Below, piece by piece: positions 12,800 to 26,500 of a stretch of 64,000 bases of DNA. The DNA comes from Camelus ferus. Its lineage: Eukaryota. The stretch is taken from positions 46,130,001 through 46,194,000 of the forward strand of contig NC_045696.1 of NCBI RefSeq assembly GCF_009834535.1. Direction: 5' to 3'. Position numbers and translations under genes: made by a program. Below the pieces are notes generated by a model. It had not been told where the DNA came from. It ran no database searches and was given only the letters and a program-made list of their open reading frames with translations. Numbering within the stretch: the stretch's first letter is position 1; every line of letters begins with the position of its first letter.

Positions 12800-14520
12800 T
12801 GGTCAGTTTTGAGATAGGAGGTTTGCACAAGCATCATTTTTGGTAATCACTGCAATTCTAATGGGATCTTCTCCATCTGTTTGCCTGCCTGGCTGAATGC
12901 CTCCATGATTACTGTTTTCTTTCATGTGCATTTTTCTGTACCTGGCATAATTCTACCACTAATACTCAGTGGCCACTTTAGGGAAATTTTGACAAGAATA
13001 AGTTTATTCATTTGAGAGGTACATTCAAAGGAAAAAGGAAGAACCCCTCAGAAAATTCTGTTTTGTCAATATAGAAGGGAGATCACTCTGATAATAAAGG
13101 AGAAATCCTCCTTTTTGTTTTTGTGCTTCAGAGATTAAATGGTGTTGGCATTTTAAATTGTACATTTGATAAAACTGTCAAGGGTTTGAGTTAGTTTAAA
13201 CTGGTTTTAGTAGGTCTGTCTGTCTCTGCCTCTGTCTCTGCCTCTGTCTCTCCTGGCCTGATTCTGTGTGTGCACGTGTGTGCAAGCACACACAAGAGTG
13301 CTTATGTGTGCAGATGGGTTCCCCAACCCCTTCCACATCTCAGTCTACTCTCTCATTGTAAAGAGGAGATAATTAGCCTTTTTCAATGATAATTTTACAT
13401 TTTTCTAAAGCCAGCTACTTCTTTTTTCTTTTTCCTTTCTTTCCCTCTCCATTTCCCTACTCTTAGGAAACTCTGGAGATTAATTAAATCATTTTAAAAA
13501 ATGTTTTCTACTAATTTACATACTCTAGAAGTACCTACTCAAGGTAGTCAAGAATTTTTTTTAAAGAAAGAAAATATTAATTGTATGTTTCTTTTGTATG
13601 TTTTCCCAGCTGAAACAGTAACTGAGAAAAAAGGTTTAACTGTGAATTTGGTTAATCACTCTTGATTCCAAATAAGAAAAAAAGCTAGACACTCAGAGCG
13701 TTTGAAATTAATTCGATTCTTAAAACATGCCTGATAAATAGATGAACTTTGGACAAATTTAAATGATTTAATTTTAGCTAAAAAACAACTCCATGTCTTC
13801 TCCCTGGTTTTATCACCATGTGAAAAATAATGTTTGCACAATATTTTGATTAGTACAAGATTTGGGTTTAATTTGTAATAATTACTATTTTTAAAATTTC
13901 CTCCATTAGTTCCATGTGTTTTAGTAGGTATAATTTTTCCAGAAATTGTTTAAAATTGGAAAAAGATAAAAATATTTTTAATAAGTGAAATTGGATTGAC
14001 AGATTTTTTTTTCAAGAGTTTAACCTGTTAACTTTTCTAATGCTAATCTAAATCATAGGATGTTCTGATTTAAATTGTTCTTTCTGGACCTATAGTCAAT
14101 CTAAGATTTTAGACTAATGTTAAATTGTGTTATTTCTTAAATAATCTTTGACTTTCTGAATAATTTCTTGGTAAGAAAATACAACACTTTACTCATTTAA
14201 CATAGTTTTAAATTTCCCTTATTGTTTATTTTTATACTGAGAATTACTGCATATTAAGGAGATATAAAAATTTCTTTAAATGATATTAAATAATTTAGTT
14301 TGCTATCTTAAAATTTATTTAAGTAAAATAAAAAATATGCTCATAAAAATTAGCTATACTGATCTTGGTTTCTTCTAATTTTCTCTTGTGGTTTAAAAAA
14401 TAAAAGTTGGTTAATCTTGTTGAAAGTTAAAATTTTGTTAAAATTGACTAGAGAAATCATAATATATATACAAGTTAATAAATACTTATTAAATTTTTAT
14501 ATTGATTTTTTTATATATTA
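12800..14520 (+). mobile_element. Probable degenerate ERV1 internal region (5' part of the element continuing at 18380)
   Basis: AT-rich MER-int-like sequence next to the L1 that separates it from pol/env remnants; no protein motif resolved. Confidence 0.3.
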
Positions 14521-14619
14521 TATATTTTATAAATACAAGTTTTATATGTAAATTTTATATATGTAAGTATATTCATTCTCACATATTCTTAATAAAATAC
14601 ATAATCTCTATATTAGTCT

Positions 14620-17600
14620 TTTTTAATTTACATAGAGTAAACTTCACTTCTTGTGTACAGTTGTATGAGTTTTAATACATACACAGATTCTTGTAAGCTC
14701 CACACAAACAGGATACAGAACAATTCCAAAACTCCCCCCAAATTCCTTCTTACTGCCCAAGAGGTAGCAGTCTCTCCTCACACCTAGACCTGGTAAAAGC
14801 TGTTCCTCTCTCCCTATAGTTTTGCCTTTTTCATAATGTTATATAAATTTAAACTTTAAAGACTGACTTCTTCAGCTTAGTATGAAACATAAGAAATACA
14901 ACCACATTGTTGTGTGTGTCAGTATTCATTCCTTTTTATTGCTAAGAAGTATTCCAAGGTATGTTTATCCATTCGCCCACTAAAGAACATTTGGTTTATT
15001 TCTCTTTTGGGGATATTATGAATAATGCTATTATAAGCATTCATATCCAGGCTTTTGTGTGAAAATAAATTTTTATTTCTCTAGAGTAAGCTCCTAGAAC
15101 CAGATATGACAGGCGTATGTTTAAGTTCTAATCTTTTCCAGAATAGCTGTTCCAGTTTGTACTACCACTAGATATAATGTTAGTTATAGGTTGTTGTTTT
15201 TCATTTTTGCAAATGCCCATTATCATATTTAAAAATTTCCACCTTCCTTTTAGTTTGTGAGAGGGTTTTATCATAAATAGACACTGAATTTCATCAAATG
15301 ACTTATCTGCAACAACTGATATGACTACGTGGTTTTTCTTAAGTCTTTTAGTATGGTGAGTTACACTGATTGATTTCTGAATGGTGAACGAGCCTTGCAT
15401 TCCCAAGATAAACCCCATTTGATCATGATGTATTGTTCTTTTTATCTTATGCTGAATTCAACTTGCAACATTTTGTTGAGGATTTTTGCATCTGTGTTTA
15501 TGAGAGATACTGCTCTATAGTTTTCTTTTCTTGTATTATCTTTGGTTTTGAGATCAGGGTAATGCTGGCTACATAAAATTAATTGGGAAATGATCCTTCT
15601 ATTTTGTGGAAGAGATTATGCAAAATTGGTGATATTTCTTCCAAAAATGTTTGGTATAATTTACTAATGAAATCATCAGGACAGGTGTTTTCTTTTTTGG
15701 ACTATTTTAAACAATGAAGTTGATTTCTTAAATAGATATGGGACACTTTAGGCTCTCTATCTGTTTTTGCTGTGTCTTTGAAGAAATCAGTCTATTTAAT
15801 CTAAGCTGTGCATAAAGTTGTTCATAGTAATCCCTTATTATCCTTTTAACATCTGTGAGACTGCAGTGGTATCTCTTCTCTAATATTGGTATTTTGTGCT
15901 TTCTTTCTTTTGCTAGAAGTATATCAATTTACTAATCTTTTCAAGGAAATATCTTTTAGCATTTATTTGTTTTCCTCTTTTTTGGGTTTCAATTTCATTG
16001 GTTTTTTTTCCCCCTATTTTTATTACTTCGTTCTTTCTGCTCCCTTTTGGTATAGTTTGCACTGATCCTCTAATTTATTAATGTGAACTTACCTTATTGG
16101 TTTGAGACTACTTTGTTTTCCAATATCAGCTCTGAGTGCTGTAAGTTTCCCTCTAAAGACTGCTTAACTGCATCCCACAAATTTTAATATGCTCTATTTT
16201 CCTTTTCTTCAAAATGTTTTCTGGTTTTCTCTTAAACAAAACTTCCTCTCTAACCTGTATTTTCTATAGGATTATGTTTATTAATTTACAAATATTTAGG
16301 GACTTTCAAGGTAATTTTCTTTTGTTGATTTCTATTTTATCTCCTTTATAGTCAGAGAATATAATTTGTATTATTTCAATTGTTTTAATATAATAAGTTT
16401 TTTGTGACTTAGAACATGGACTTAAATTTTGGTGAGTATTCTATGTGCGCTTGAAAAAAAATATGTACTCTGTTGTTGAATAGAGTGTTTTATAAATGAC
16501 AATCAGGTTAATTGGTTGATAGCATTGTTCAAGTCCTCTAAATCCTTGGTGATTTTCTATCTACTTTTAAAAAAATTACTGAGGAGAATGTTAAAGTATA
16601 ATTATGGACTTGCCTATGCTTCCTTCTAATTCTGTCAGCATTTGCATCATTTTAAACAGCATTTTTGAAGCTCTGTTAACACATACACATTTAACATTTT
16701 AATGTCTCATTAGCAAATTAAGCCTTTTATAATTGTGTAAAGGGCCTCTTTATTCCTGGTAATTTTCCATGTTCTGAGTCAATTTTGTCTGATATTAATA
16801 TAGGCACTCTAGCTTCTTTTTTTCTTTAGTGTTTGCATGGTATATCATTTTTCTTTTAAATTATCTATAGCTTTTATTTTTAACTTATCTACAGCATTAT
16901 AGTTTAAGTGGGTTTCCTGTAGACAGCATATAGTTGGGTATTGTTTTTCTAACCAATCTGACACGATCTGTTTGTTTTTTTTTTAATTGAAAAAAATTCT
17001 TACACTTGACGTAATATTGTTGGATTTAGGTCTACCATTATTATTATTCGTTTTCTACTAGTTCTTCTGTTTTTTGTTCCTGTTTCCCCTTTTTTCTCTT
17101 CTTTTAGATTACTTAAGTATTTTTTAGTAAACCATTTTAAATATTGGATTTTTAAACTATCCCTTTTCATATATTTTTCAGTGGTTTCTCTAGAGATTAC
17201 AATATACATGCCTAACTTTTCACAATTTGTTAACCTAAAATATAAACTTAAAGTTAATATTTTGTCACTACAGATGAAATATAGAAACCTTATGATAAAC
17301 ACGTGTCCCTTTATCCACCCTCATACTGTACTTTTGAGAGAGAGATATATATATATACTTGTAATATATATATACTTGATATATAGATGGATAGATACAT
17401 AGATACATAGATAGACAGATATAAAACATCTGATGCACAGGAAGAAGTGCATAGAAAATCTTATCTCATAATGCTATATATTTTTTTAATTTCAAAAGCC
17501 ATATATATTTTAAAGCACATAAGAGGTCAATGTGACCTTATTTGGGAAAAGGATATTTGTAGATATAACTAACTTGAGGATCCCAAAATGAGATCATCCT

Positions 17601-18380
17601 GGGTTACCCAGGTGGGCTCTATATCCAATGACAAGTGTATATAAAAGAGACAGAAGAGCAAATACAAACATGAAGAGGAGGAGGTAATGTGACCACAGGC
17701 AATACTTAAGTGATGCAGCTGAGAAAGCTAAGGAATGTCTGCGGCAACCAGAAGCCGTGAGAGGAAAGGAAGGATTCTCCCCTAGAGTCTTTGGAGAGTG
17801 TGCAGTCCTTCCATCACCCTGATATTGGACTTCTATGAGGGAATAAATTTATGCTGTTTACTAGGTTTATGGTAATTTGTTATGGCAGTCCTAGGAAACT
17901 AACAAACCTGGTTATTTATTATTTCAATTGCTCTTCCTTAACTTGTAAAGTTCCAGATTTTAATCTGTTACTATTTTCCTGATACCTGAAAAAACTAAGC
18001 ATTTATTTTAAAGGCAGTAAATCGTCTCATTCTCCTTCACCTGAGAATGTTTGTTTGCCTTTATTCCTGAAGGATATTTTCACTGGCTATAGAATTTTGG
18101 GGTGATAGTTCTTTTCTTTCAGCACTTGAAAAATGTTGTTCCACTATTTTCTGATCTCCTGGTTTCTGATGAGAAATCTTCAGTCATTGGAACTGTTGGC
18201 AGTTTTCAATAACTGTTTTCAAGAGTTTTCTTTTTTATATTTGGTTTTCAGAAGTTTGATTACAATGTGTTTGGAAGGTTTTTTTTTAAGTTTATCCTGT
18301 TCAGAATTTGCTGAGCTTCTTAGATATGGATTTATTTTCCTTCACCAAACTTGTGAGTTTTTCAGCCATTCTTTGCTCAG
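14620..18380 (-). mobile_element. Old LINE-1, minus strand (3' UTR ~14620-15170, ORF2 ~15200-17040, spacer and ORF1 end to ~18380)
   Basis: Minus ORF 15128-15418 resembles L1 RT (GFILGMQGSFTIQKSISVTHH); ORF 17000-17302 ends in the ORF2-start-like MVDLNPTI. Confidence 0.9.
17525..17905 (+). mobile_element. MLT1 (MaLR) LTR inserted in L1
   Basis: aatgtgaccttatttggg...gagatcatcctgg...aggaaggattctcccctagag...taggaaactaaca. Confidence 0.85.
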
Positions 18381-20800
18381 TAACAAAGGTTCCTTTTTAT
18401 CACTAAGATACTTCTCTCAATTTTTGTCATAATCCTCATTTGTTTTAACCAAAGTATCTTATTTTTGAGAAAAAATAAATTACTAGTGATCATTTTTACT
18501 TATTATTGTGTATTTTTAAAATATTGACAAAAACTAGATTAATTATATTAAGTCTAATATAACAAAATATTTCAATAACTGTGTATACATGTATGTTAAA
18601 AGAAACATGCAAGTGTTACTGTATATAGACTGGTGTAACTGTCTAAAAAAGATTTGATTTCTAGATTACCCAATCTCAACACCTATTTTAATCAAAATAG
18701 TATCAAAATCAATCGTAGTACATACTTTAAGGCACAAACCGAAAGATACTGGAGGTTTGTCAGTGTTCTCACTGTTCATAATATGTTCTTACTCCCAGAG
18801 TAAGATTATATCCTCATAAACTTACGGTGTTTTCTGCCTCAAGAGAATTTCACTTTCTTCCATTCTGTTAATTATGCAGGAGATTTAGTCTTTAGAAGAA
18901 ACATCAGAGAAAAACCATCCTTGATACTTGATGTAAAGAACCTTAGTGGATCCTATTAATAAAAAATACAAGAGAAAAACTATAGGGTGTGGACCCTTAG
19001 ATCTACATGTTTAACTAAAGAGATATAATTCATTCCTGGGGAAAAAAAAACTGTCCCAGCCAGACTTCAAGCTGAGGATCATTAGGAATCCTCAAGAAGC
19101 ACATGAGTTTGGGAGTGGAGACAGCTTCTAACAAAGACCTGCAGATCCAGGAGACAACTGTGAATAAAAGCTTCCATTTAAGACCCATGATTATGATCCA
19201 GATGACCATAACCACTGATTCACATGCTTTAATTTGCATAATGTTTTCCTCTATTTCCCTAGATATTTTCTTTCCTCCTTTCTGGTTTATGATTCCTAAC
19301 ACTTAACAAATACTTATTATTTCTTAATGATGATACATGTAAACTTCTTATATTTAATAATTTTTTTGCATACTTAGATACGTGGCATGATTCCAATACC
19401 TGCCTATCATTTGATTATGATTTAGTTAAAGCATTCAATCAAACAGAATGCTGGGCTTGTACTCATTTCACTTTGGGAGCTATCCAGCTTCATTTGGTAT
19501 CATTTCTTTGCTGCAAATCAGACAAAACACATTCCTTGTTATAATCATTGCCCAGAGGACCTAACTGCCAAGCATCTTTTTAGACAGCGAAAACCACAGA
19601 AGACCAGATAGAAAGCTACATACAGCCTCCAGTATGTCAAACCTAGAAAGGAGTGTTCCTTTCTCTGCAGAGAAAACACATGCACGGATGAGCTAGCCTC
19701 TGCGATCAAGCTCTCACAGGAACAGAGCATAGAGAAGTCCGGGGACAGATGGGGTATAATGAGAGGTCGCCTCACCTCTACAGAAACGTGTGTTAGTTGG
19801 CTAAACCCTCATCCCGTCCAATTTACAGATAGCAGTCAACAGTCTTTTCTGCTTTAAGTCCAAAACTAGTCATTAGGAGCTGCCCAATGATCTGCTTTCA
19901 GTGGAAATCCTCACATGTGTATGTCAAATAGAACTTGCCTGGCACCAGGTAATGGAATTTGTGCCAGGCCTATTCTATTTGATATCTATACATATGAGTA
20001 TCTGAAGCACAAAAGACTATCGACTATAATCAGAAATCTGTGAATTGAATAGGGATCAATAATGTCAGTAAACCGATGGCTGCCTTCTATCATCCTGGAT
20101 CCATTTTGACCCATCAATTTCCCTCATAGGAAAAATAGGCATTTAAATAATCAAATTCAAAAAGAAAAAATTCTGAGCTTCAATTTACATTTAAAAATTA
20201 ACCAATGAAGGAATATTTTAGACCGTTTTCTTCTTCATTTCACTCTTTACATGAGGCTTAAAAAGTAGGCAGAATGCTATAGGCAGTGGTACAGAGAATA
20301 GCAGAAGAATGACAACATCACTGAGGCCATAAAATTTCTCCCCAAAGAAGTTAATAAATCTGGACAGGTTGCTGTTCAAAATAGAGGTCTTTTAAGGTGG
20401 AGCATGTGTACAGAATTTTTTTCAGATTTTTTCCTTTCTTAAGGAAAGAACGTTGTACTTACATTGGTACAGACCTCTCCTGGATCTTTACTAGTACCAA
20501 AATTACCTGGGAGGAAACATAAAAATCATGAAGTTATTAATTTGGCTAATATCACTATATCTCATTGTGTGGCCTTTTCAAATTGGGAATGGTGTCAATT
20601 CTTTTGGTTTAATTTGGTCACTCCTGGCTCCTGACTTAGAAGTATTACAGGCTCATATTACAATCTTTTTCTTAGTAATTGTCCAAGTTGCAACTCTCAA
20701 ATTTGTGCTCTCCAAAGTCTTAAATTTTGCTGTTCCATCAAATGATCCAAACATGATCCTCCAACAAAATAAATAAGAAAATCTGTCACTAATAGAGGTT
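18380..20800 (+). mobile_element. ERV1 (gamma-type) internal remnant: integrase C-terminus and env TM
   Basis: ~18880-19020 reads across indels as GDLVF.KKHQRKTIL..EP..GSY..GVDP*IY (integrase C-terminal pattern); 20368-20465 VAVQNRGLL..GGAC..ERCTYI; hydrophobic ITIFFLVIVQVATLKFVLSKVLN in ORF 20528-20776. Confidence 0.65.
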
Positions 20801-20849
20801 GAATGAGCACCCTCAGAAACTCTTCACTTGACCACAACACATCAAACAG

Positions 20850-21322
20850 TGATATAGATCTCAAATGATCATGTCTCTAGGTGACAATGGTCTATCTTGC
20901 AGCTTAGGCTGGAGAAAGACCAACAGGAATCCTGAAAACTGAAAGCAGCATAATTCCTCGTTTTTATGGGAATTACTTGCTCCCAAGAAGGGAAGCCTAT
21001 GAGCCAACTTAACAGCTTACTTACCAAAACTAGCAATGTGTTTATCAAGACTCTCATCTTACTGTGCCATCAACCCAAAGTTATTATATCATAAAATCTT
21101 CCCAATCCCAACAAGTTACTCACTTTACAGGACTCAGCTTGAAATCTCCCAAATTAGTTGGCTCTAAAACCTTGTAAGTACTCTTCCACAATTTTTCCAT
21201 TTTGAGACTCAACCATTATTTTTCAAGTCGGTATTCTCCCTCACTGTTATAAGTCTAATAAACTCAGTCTTGGTTGATCAGTGGGCTTCTCTGGTGATCT
21301 ACTGGGGAGTAGAGAGTTGACA
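20850..21322 (+). mobile_element. ERV1 LTR, MER110-like (likely 3' LTR)
   Basis: aataaactcagtcttggttgatca...ggggagtagagagttgaca end with AATAAA and terminal CA, directly downstream of the env remnant. Confidence 0.6.
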
Positions 21323-22549
21323 TTACTAAACTTTTCATTAAACTTCCCTTTTCCTACGCTGAGTGGCAAAATGTGCCTTTAGTCTTTAGAATATCTTACT
21401 GACTGGTTTTCTATAAATTAAATAATTATCCCTCAAGCTTCCTCAGAAGCTTATAGAAGACTTTCATCTGCACATTGGGTAATCCTCACCTATATGGCTC
21501 ATCCCCTAGCTATGAACACTACAGTGGAATGCAGATAAATCTTGGAAGTGGTAAAAGAATGAGAAGATTATTCATTGTCCTACTCCTCTGCCAAATCTAC
21601 AAATTTCTACTCTGTTGAATTACGTCCGTATGCAAACATATAGGGCGTATTCCCTGACTTTATTACAAGGAGAGATTCACCAATCACTTTCATGCTTGCA
21701 ATATGCAGCAAGCTCTGTTTTCTAGGAGTCAGTTACTCGACATTCCTCAACCAAATTCATAATCTCAGATTCCCAGTCCAAACACATGCTGATATCTTTC
21801 TCTTCTAGGATTTATCCCCATCTTTGTTAAGCAAGTGTCCTTGGTCCTAAATTTTTGAGTTTTGGTTTCTTGTCTTTCCCATCAACTCTCCATGACACAG
21901 AATGGGAGAGCATGAAGTGTCTGGCCTGCTAGTGGCTCCTCACTTAGGTATTTGCAAACTCTCCTGTAGACCAAATTGCCCACACTTTTAAAATCAAGTC
22001 AGAATTTTTCTCCAGGAAGTTTACAATAAAGGGGATTTGCACATGATAATGCATCCTCCCCCCTCGTAGGACCGCTTCACAGCCTTAGGGCCTGAGTCTA
22101 CGGAGCTGCTGCACTAATTAGGGGTAATGAAGTATATAACATTATTATCAACTGCAACAAAACACTTTTGTGCTCTTTAAAAAGCTAACTATGAACTGAC
22201 TTTATTTTAATTTGTTCATTTCATCTAGAAGGGAGCATTCAGTGCCCAGCTTCTTTCTTCCAGGGATGAAGAAGGAAGGGAGAGGTAGGAGGTCTCTGCT
22301 CTTTCTGAGGGTTCCTGTTAAGGCCAGGCAGCTCTGCAGCTCAGGGTCTATTATTATTAGTGATCTGTTACCACCAAGAACAGTCCCATATTTAACTTTC
22401 AGTGTGAGGAAAGTAGCTTTTTTTATTGAGACAAACAACTCTGAGAATTATTTTCTAGGTCCTTCTGTCAAGACAGCAATTTTCACTGAGAAGAGACTGA
22501 GATGCAGCTCAATACATACTATTAAACTTATGCTTTTTCCTTATAATAT

Positions 22550-22745
22550 TTAGCATAGTTTTAATTACATATTTATTTGAGAAATTATTCAATGCCTCCT
22601 TCCCCCTAGGATATATGTTCCCTAGTGTTGGCAAACTTGTCTGTATATAGAAGATACCTCCTTGGCATACAATTGATGCCCTTTCGCCAGGCTCTTGTTA
22701 GGACATAGGAAGCCCCTAGTAAAAACTTTAAATGAGTGAGTAAAA
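22550..22745 (+). mobile_element. L2 3' fragment
   Basis: L2 tail-like sequence ending aaatgagtgagt. Confidence 0.4.
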
Positions 22746-22784
22746 GAAACTGCACATGTAGGAAGAAAACCAGTCATCTGTAGG

Positions 22785-23088
22785 CAGTACTTCCTAAATT
22801 ATGCTTATTTTCACCATCCTGTGCAATGAGAAAAATAAGTAGAATGGGATAAATTTTCATAATGTTATATAGTTTATATTACATTTCATTCTATTCTTTT
22901 GGTGTTAGAAAGCCCTGCACTGTCTTTTAGGAAATGATGGTATTAATAGATTAGTTTTCTATGTTTGTAATTTTAAAATTGATATTACTTGGAAAATTAA
23001 AATTGGCCACTCTATCTCAGTCATCCAACCTCATTTTATTTTAAGAATATTTCTTCTTCAGGAACTCTGAAAGTTTGGGAACTACTCT
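22785..23088. mobile_element. hAT-Charlie-type MITE
   Basis: Degenerate TIRs cagtacttcctaaa / tttgggaactactc. Confidence 0.45.
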
Positions 23089-23159
23089 TCAAAGGCATGT
23101 CGAAGTATAATTTAAAAAAAATTAAAATCATGACTCTCATACAAATATACAGTATATAG

Positions 23160-23530
23160 TTGTCAAAGATTTTTTGAACTCATTAATGAGAGAATAAGCA
23201 GGATGGTAAACCTGTTTCAAAGGAGGATATGAAACATTGAAAGAGAATGACCAAAAGAAAGCTGAAATAAGGTTGCTAATTTAGATACTGGTCAATAAAA
23301 CAGTAACTTTTGGGGGCTATCTTTTCTATAGGACAGAAATCATTTGAATTTCTATAAGAAAAAAATTAATTTGCAACTTATTAATCTTCTTCAAGTTAAC
23401 ATGTAATTTTATAGACACTGGCTCTTAATCAATAGTAAATAGTTTAAGTCAAAATTACTTTCCCTTAGAATGGCAGGTGACTCAGACCAGCTCATTAGAC
23501 AGTCTCTAGCATGAGTTTGGAAGGCCACAC
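23160..23530 (-). mobile_element. Probable ERV1 solo LTR fragment (MER89/MER90-like)
   Basis: Begins tgtcaaaga...ctcattaatgagagaataagcaggatggtaaa; recalled similarity only. Confidence 0.35.
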
Positions 23531-23714
23531 AGTAATCTTTCTGCTTTGCTTTCCAAGTTTTGGATAATTTCATAAAGATATTTGGATGGAGGTTACATGT
23601 ATAAATGTATGCATAAGTAAATGTGGACCTACAGATTTATAGATATGAAACTGAAAGGAGATAAACCAAAAAATTAACAGTTATTGTGACTTGGAAATAG
23701 CATTATGGGTGTTT

Positions 23715-24115
23715 TGTTTTGTGAGGTCTGACAGAACAAAGTACTCAGACTGAGTGGCTTCAACAACAGAAATGTACTGTCTCACAACCTTAGGAGTTCA
23801 TCATCAGGGTGCCATGATTTCCTCTAAAAGTGTTAGGGAAGGATCAGTTCCAGGCCTCTTCCCTAGCTCCTGCTTTGCTTGTGGCAGTATAACTCCAGTC
23901 TTTACATGGTGACCCTGTATGCAGGTTTGTGTCCACGTTTCCCCTTTTTTAAGAACACGAGTCATACTGCATTGAACTAGGCCCACCTTAGTCCCATATG
24001 ATCTCATTTTAACTGTAACTAATTATATCTGCAATGACCCTATTTCCAAGTAAAGTCACATTCTGAAGTGTTGGGGGTTAGAATTCAAACATGGTGGACT
24101 CGACAAGCCCATAAT
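23715..24115 (-). mobile_element. MLT1 LTR
   Basis: gagtggcttcaacaacagaaatgtactgtctcaca...ccctatttccaagtaaagtcacattctgaagtgttgggggttag. Confidence 0.85.
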
Positions 24116-24207
24116 AATGCATTAATTTTTGTCCAAGACATCACTTTCTAAATTTTCAGAAAAACTAAATGCCAACACCCATTTCCAAAAACATTCAACA
24201 GTTCATG

Positions 24208-24470
24208 TCTGTATTAGTTTCCTAGGGCTGTTATCACAAATTATCACAAATTGGCAGGCGTAAAACAACAGAAATTTATTCTCTTATAGTTTGGGAGACT
24301 AAAAGAAGTACAAAATCAAGGTGTTGGCAGGGCCCCGGTCCCTTTAAAGGCTCCGAGGAAGACGTTTCCTTGCCTCTTCCTAGGTTCTGCGGTTGCAGGC
24401 AGTCGCTGGCATTCCTTGGCATGTAGTTTTATCACTCCAATCTCTGTTTCCATCTTCACATGGCTGTCTT
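24208..24470 (-). mobile_element. MLT1 LTR fragment
   Basis: tgtattagtttcctagggctg...aaaacaacagaaatttattctc...aaatcaaggtgttggcagggc. Confidence 0.85.
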
Positions 24471-24479
24471 TAATTATCT

Positions 24480-26500
24480 TTTTTCACTTTTAAAAAAAGT
24501 TATTTCTCAGTGGTTGCTCCAAGGCTTATCATATTCATCTTAACTTAATTAGAATTGACTTCAGATTTATACTAATTTAACTGCAGTGTGATACAGAAAT
24601 GTTATTCTTATACAGGTCTATTCTCTCTTCCCCAATTTTGTGCTATTATTATTGTACATATTACATATGTGTGTTTTGAATCCAACAATACACATTGTTA
24701 TAATTATTACATTATATAAATTAATGTTTAATTACTTATTTTATGTCTATTAAAGAAGCTGAGAAAAGAAAGAAAAGCAAATATATATTTATAGAATTTG
24801 TTCTATTAACCTTCTTATTTACCATTTCTGGTTCTCTTTACTTATTCCTGTGGATGTGAGTTACCACCTGGTGTCTCTTCTTTACTCTAGCACAGCTTTG
24901 TTCCCACCTACCTTCTTTGTACTGTTATTGGCAAATATATTGCATTCCTATGTGTTATAGGTCCAACAATACAATTATGTACATATATTATAATTGCTTT
25001 TAGATCAGTTAAGTAAAGACAGGAAAAGAACTTTGCATCTTATACTGTCTTTTAAAATTACATAATTACCTTTACCAACGCTCTGTTTTTTCACATGGAT
25101 TCAAATTACTGTCTTGGGTCACAGGCAATTTCTGTTGTCTACTTTTTCTTCCTTGGGTGGGTACACTTTGTTGTTTCTTTGCATGTCTCATAGTTTTTTC
25201 TTGAAACTGGACTTTTTAAGTAATATATTGTAGCAACACACTGGATTCCTCTCCCCTCTTTCTAGAGCTTGTCTGTGTTTTTGTTATTGTTGTTTGATGG
25301 TTCATTTGTCTAATGACCTGGATAGACAATTTTAGTGAAGTCCACTTCCCTGCAGTGTGAAACCTCTGATACTGCTCCTCAGAGGGAAAAGCTTTGGGCA
25401 TATACACGGTCACCTGTGATGACAGTGGTTTCAGCAGAGCTCTCTTTGACTTTATCTTTCTCTGATCTCCCTGTTAAGCTGTCTTCCTCTTTGGGCATCA
25501 CACCAAGCCCTTAGGCTCCATTAATTGCTGACTGATTGTTCTACTGTTTTTGACAATGCTCTGGGGCGTAAATGGTTCTCCAGTCTGACCTAACTGAATT
25601 GGGGCCCCTTTTTAGGAATACTTTTGGAGAGCAGTTTTTGAGGTTTGGCCTGGCCCCAGGGTGGCTCTTCTTAATTGTCTCTTTTGCTGGTTCTCTCTCA
25701 TAAACCAGCTGGCTTCTGGTTTAGGTTGTTGCTCTTATAGATGTACCAATCTCCTTCTAATTGCTTACACAAAATCTCCAGTTTTGAGCATATCGTTTCT
25801 GAGGCTTGAAATTCCCCCACACTGTTTCAAATAAAATCAGTTCCTTTAAAGAAAGCTTTGTAGATGTCTGTTCTTATGGGTTGCATGTACCCCGAGGAAA
25901 AAAATCTCTGAGCCAATACTCGGTACACTGGATAGAAGTGCTAGCCTATGTTCTTCTCAGTTTGCCTGTCCTGGCATGGAATTTCCACCCCAGTAGTGAG
26001 GTGGAGTGGAAGTGATTGGAGCCCCGGGACTCTCAGTCTGCCATGCCTGGGTAGAGCCTCCTTCCTATGAATGGAGACTGGGGAAAGGAATGGCACTTCT
26101 GACCTCTCAGCCATACTCATCAAGTATTTAGCCTCTGCAACTCAAGAGTGGGAGGGCAGAAGTGCCGGCCCTGTCCCTCCACGTAAGATATGGTATCCCC
26201 CAACTGGGGGTTTAGGCAAGAGGGAGTCCCATTTTCTTGGCCATACCCACTTGGAGTGGAGTTTCAGTCAAGGTGTGCTGGGGGTAAGAATGAGGGAAAG
26301 GGTCATGAATCAAGTGCCACAGAGTGTTCCTATTCTTACCGAATTTGAGTAGATTTTCTTTTATAAATGCTTCTTTATTTGATGCATGCCCTTAGCACAA
26401 GTTCCAAAGATTTTTAAATTTTTAAAAAAATAATTATCACCAGTTATGCTTGTTTTCCTGGGGAACAGGTACACGAGATTCCTTGTTGCTGCTATTCTTG
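24480..26500 (-). mobile_element. Old L1 spacer and 5' region fragments
   Basis: T-rich reverse L1 spacer sequence followed by L1M 5'-UTR-like sequence (ttgaaactggactttttaagtaatatattgtagcaac). Confidence 0.6.

Noticed and set aside
17335..17422. Compound (AG)/(TA)/(GATA) repeat; also CA ~45960-46010, TG ~53253-53269, GAT/AAT ~62792-62827
   Set aside because: Ordinary microsatellites.
19670..19857. Acceptor-like ttcctttctctgcag followed by a ~60-codon open frame
   Set aside because: No recognisable protein, no good donor, and it lies within a probable ERV internal region.
20528..20776. 82-aa hydrophobic ORF as a small membrane protein gene
   Set aside because: Better explained as a frameshifted env TM remnant.
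22062..22105. Possible hairpin ctcgtagg...ctacggag
   Set aside because: Short imperfect stem with no ncRNA hallmarks.
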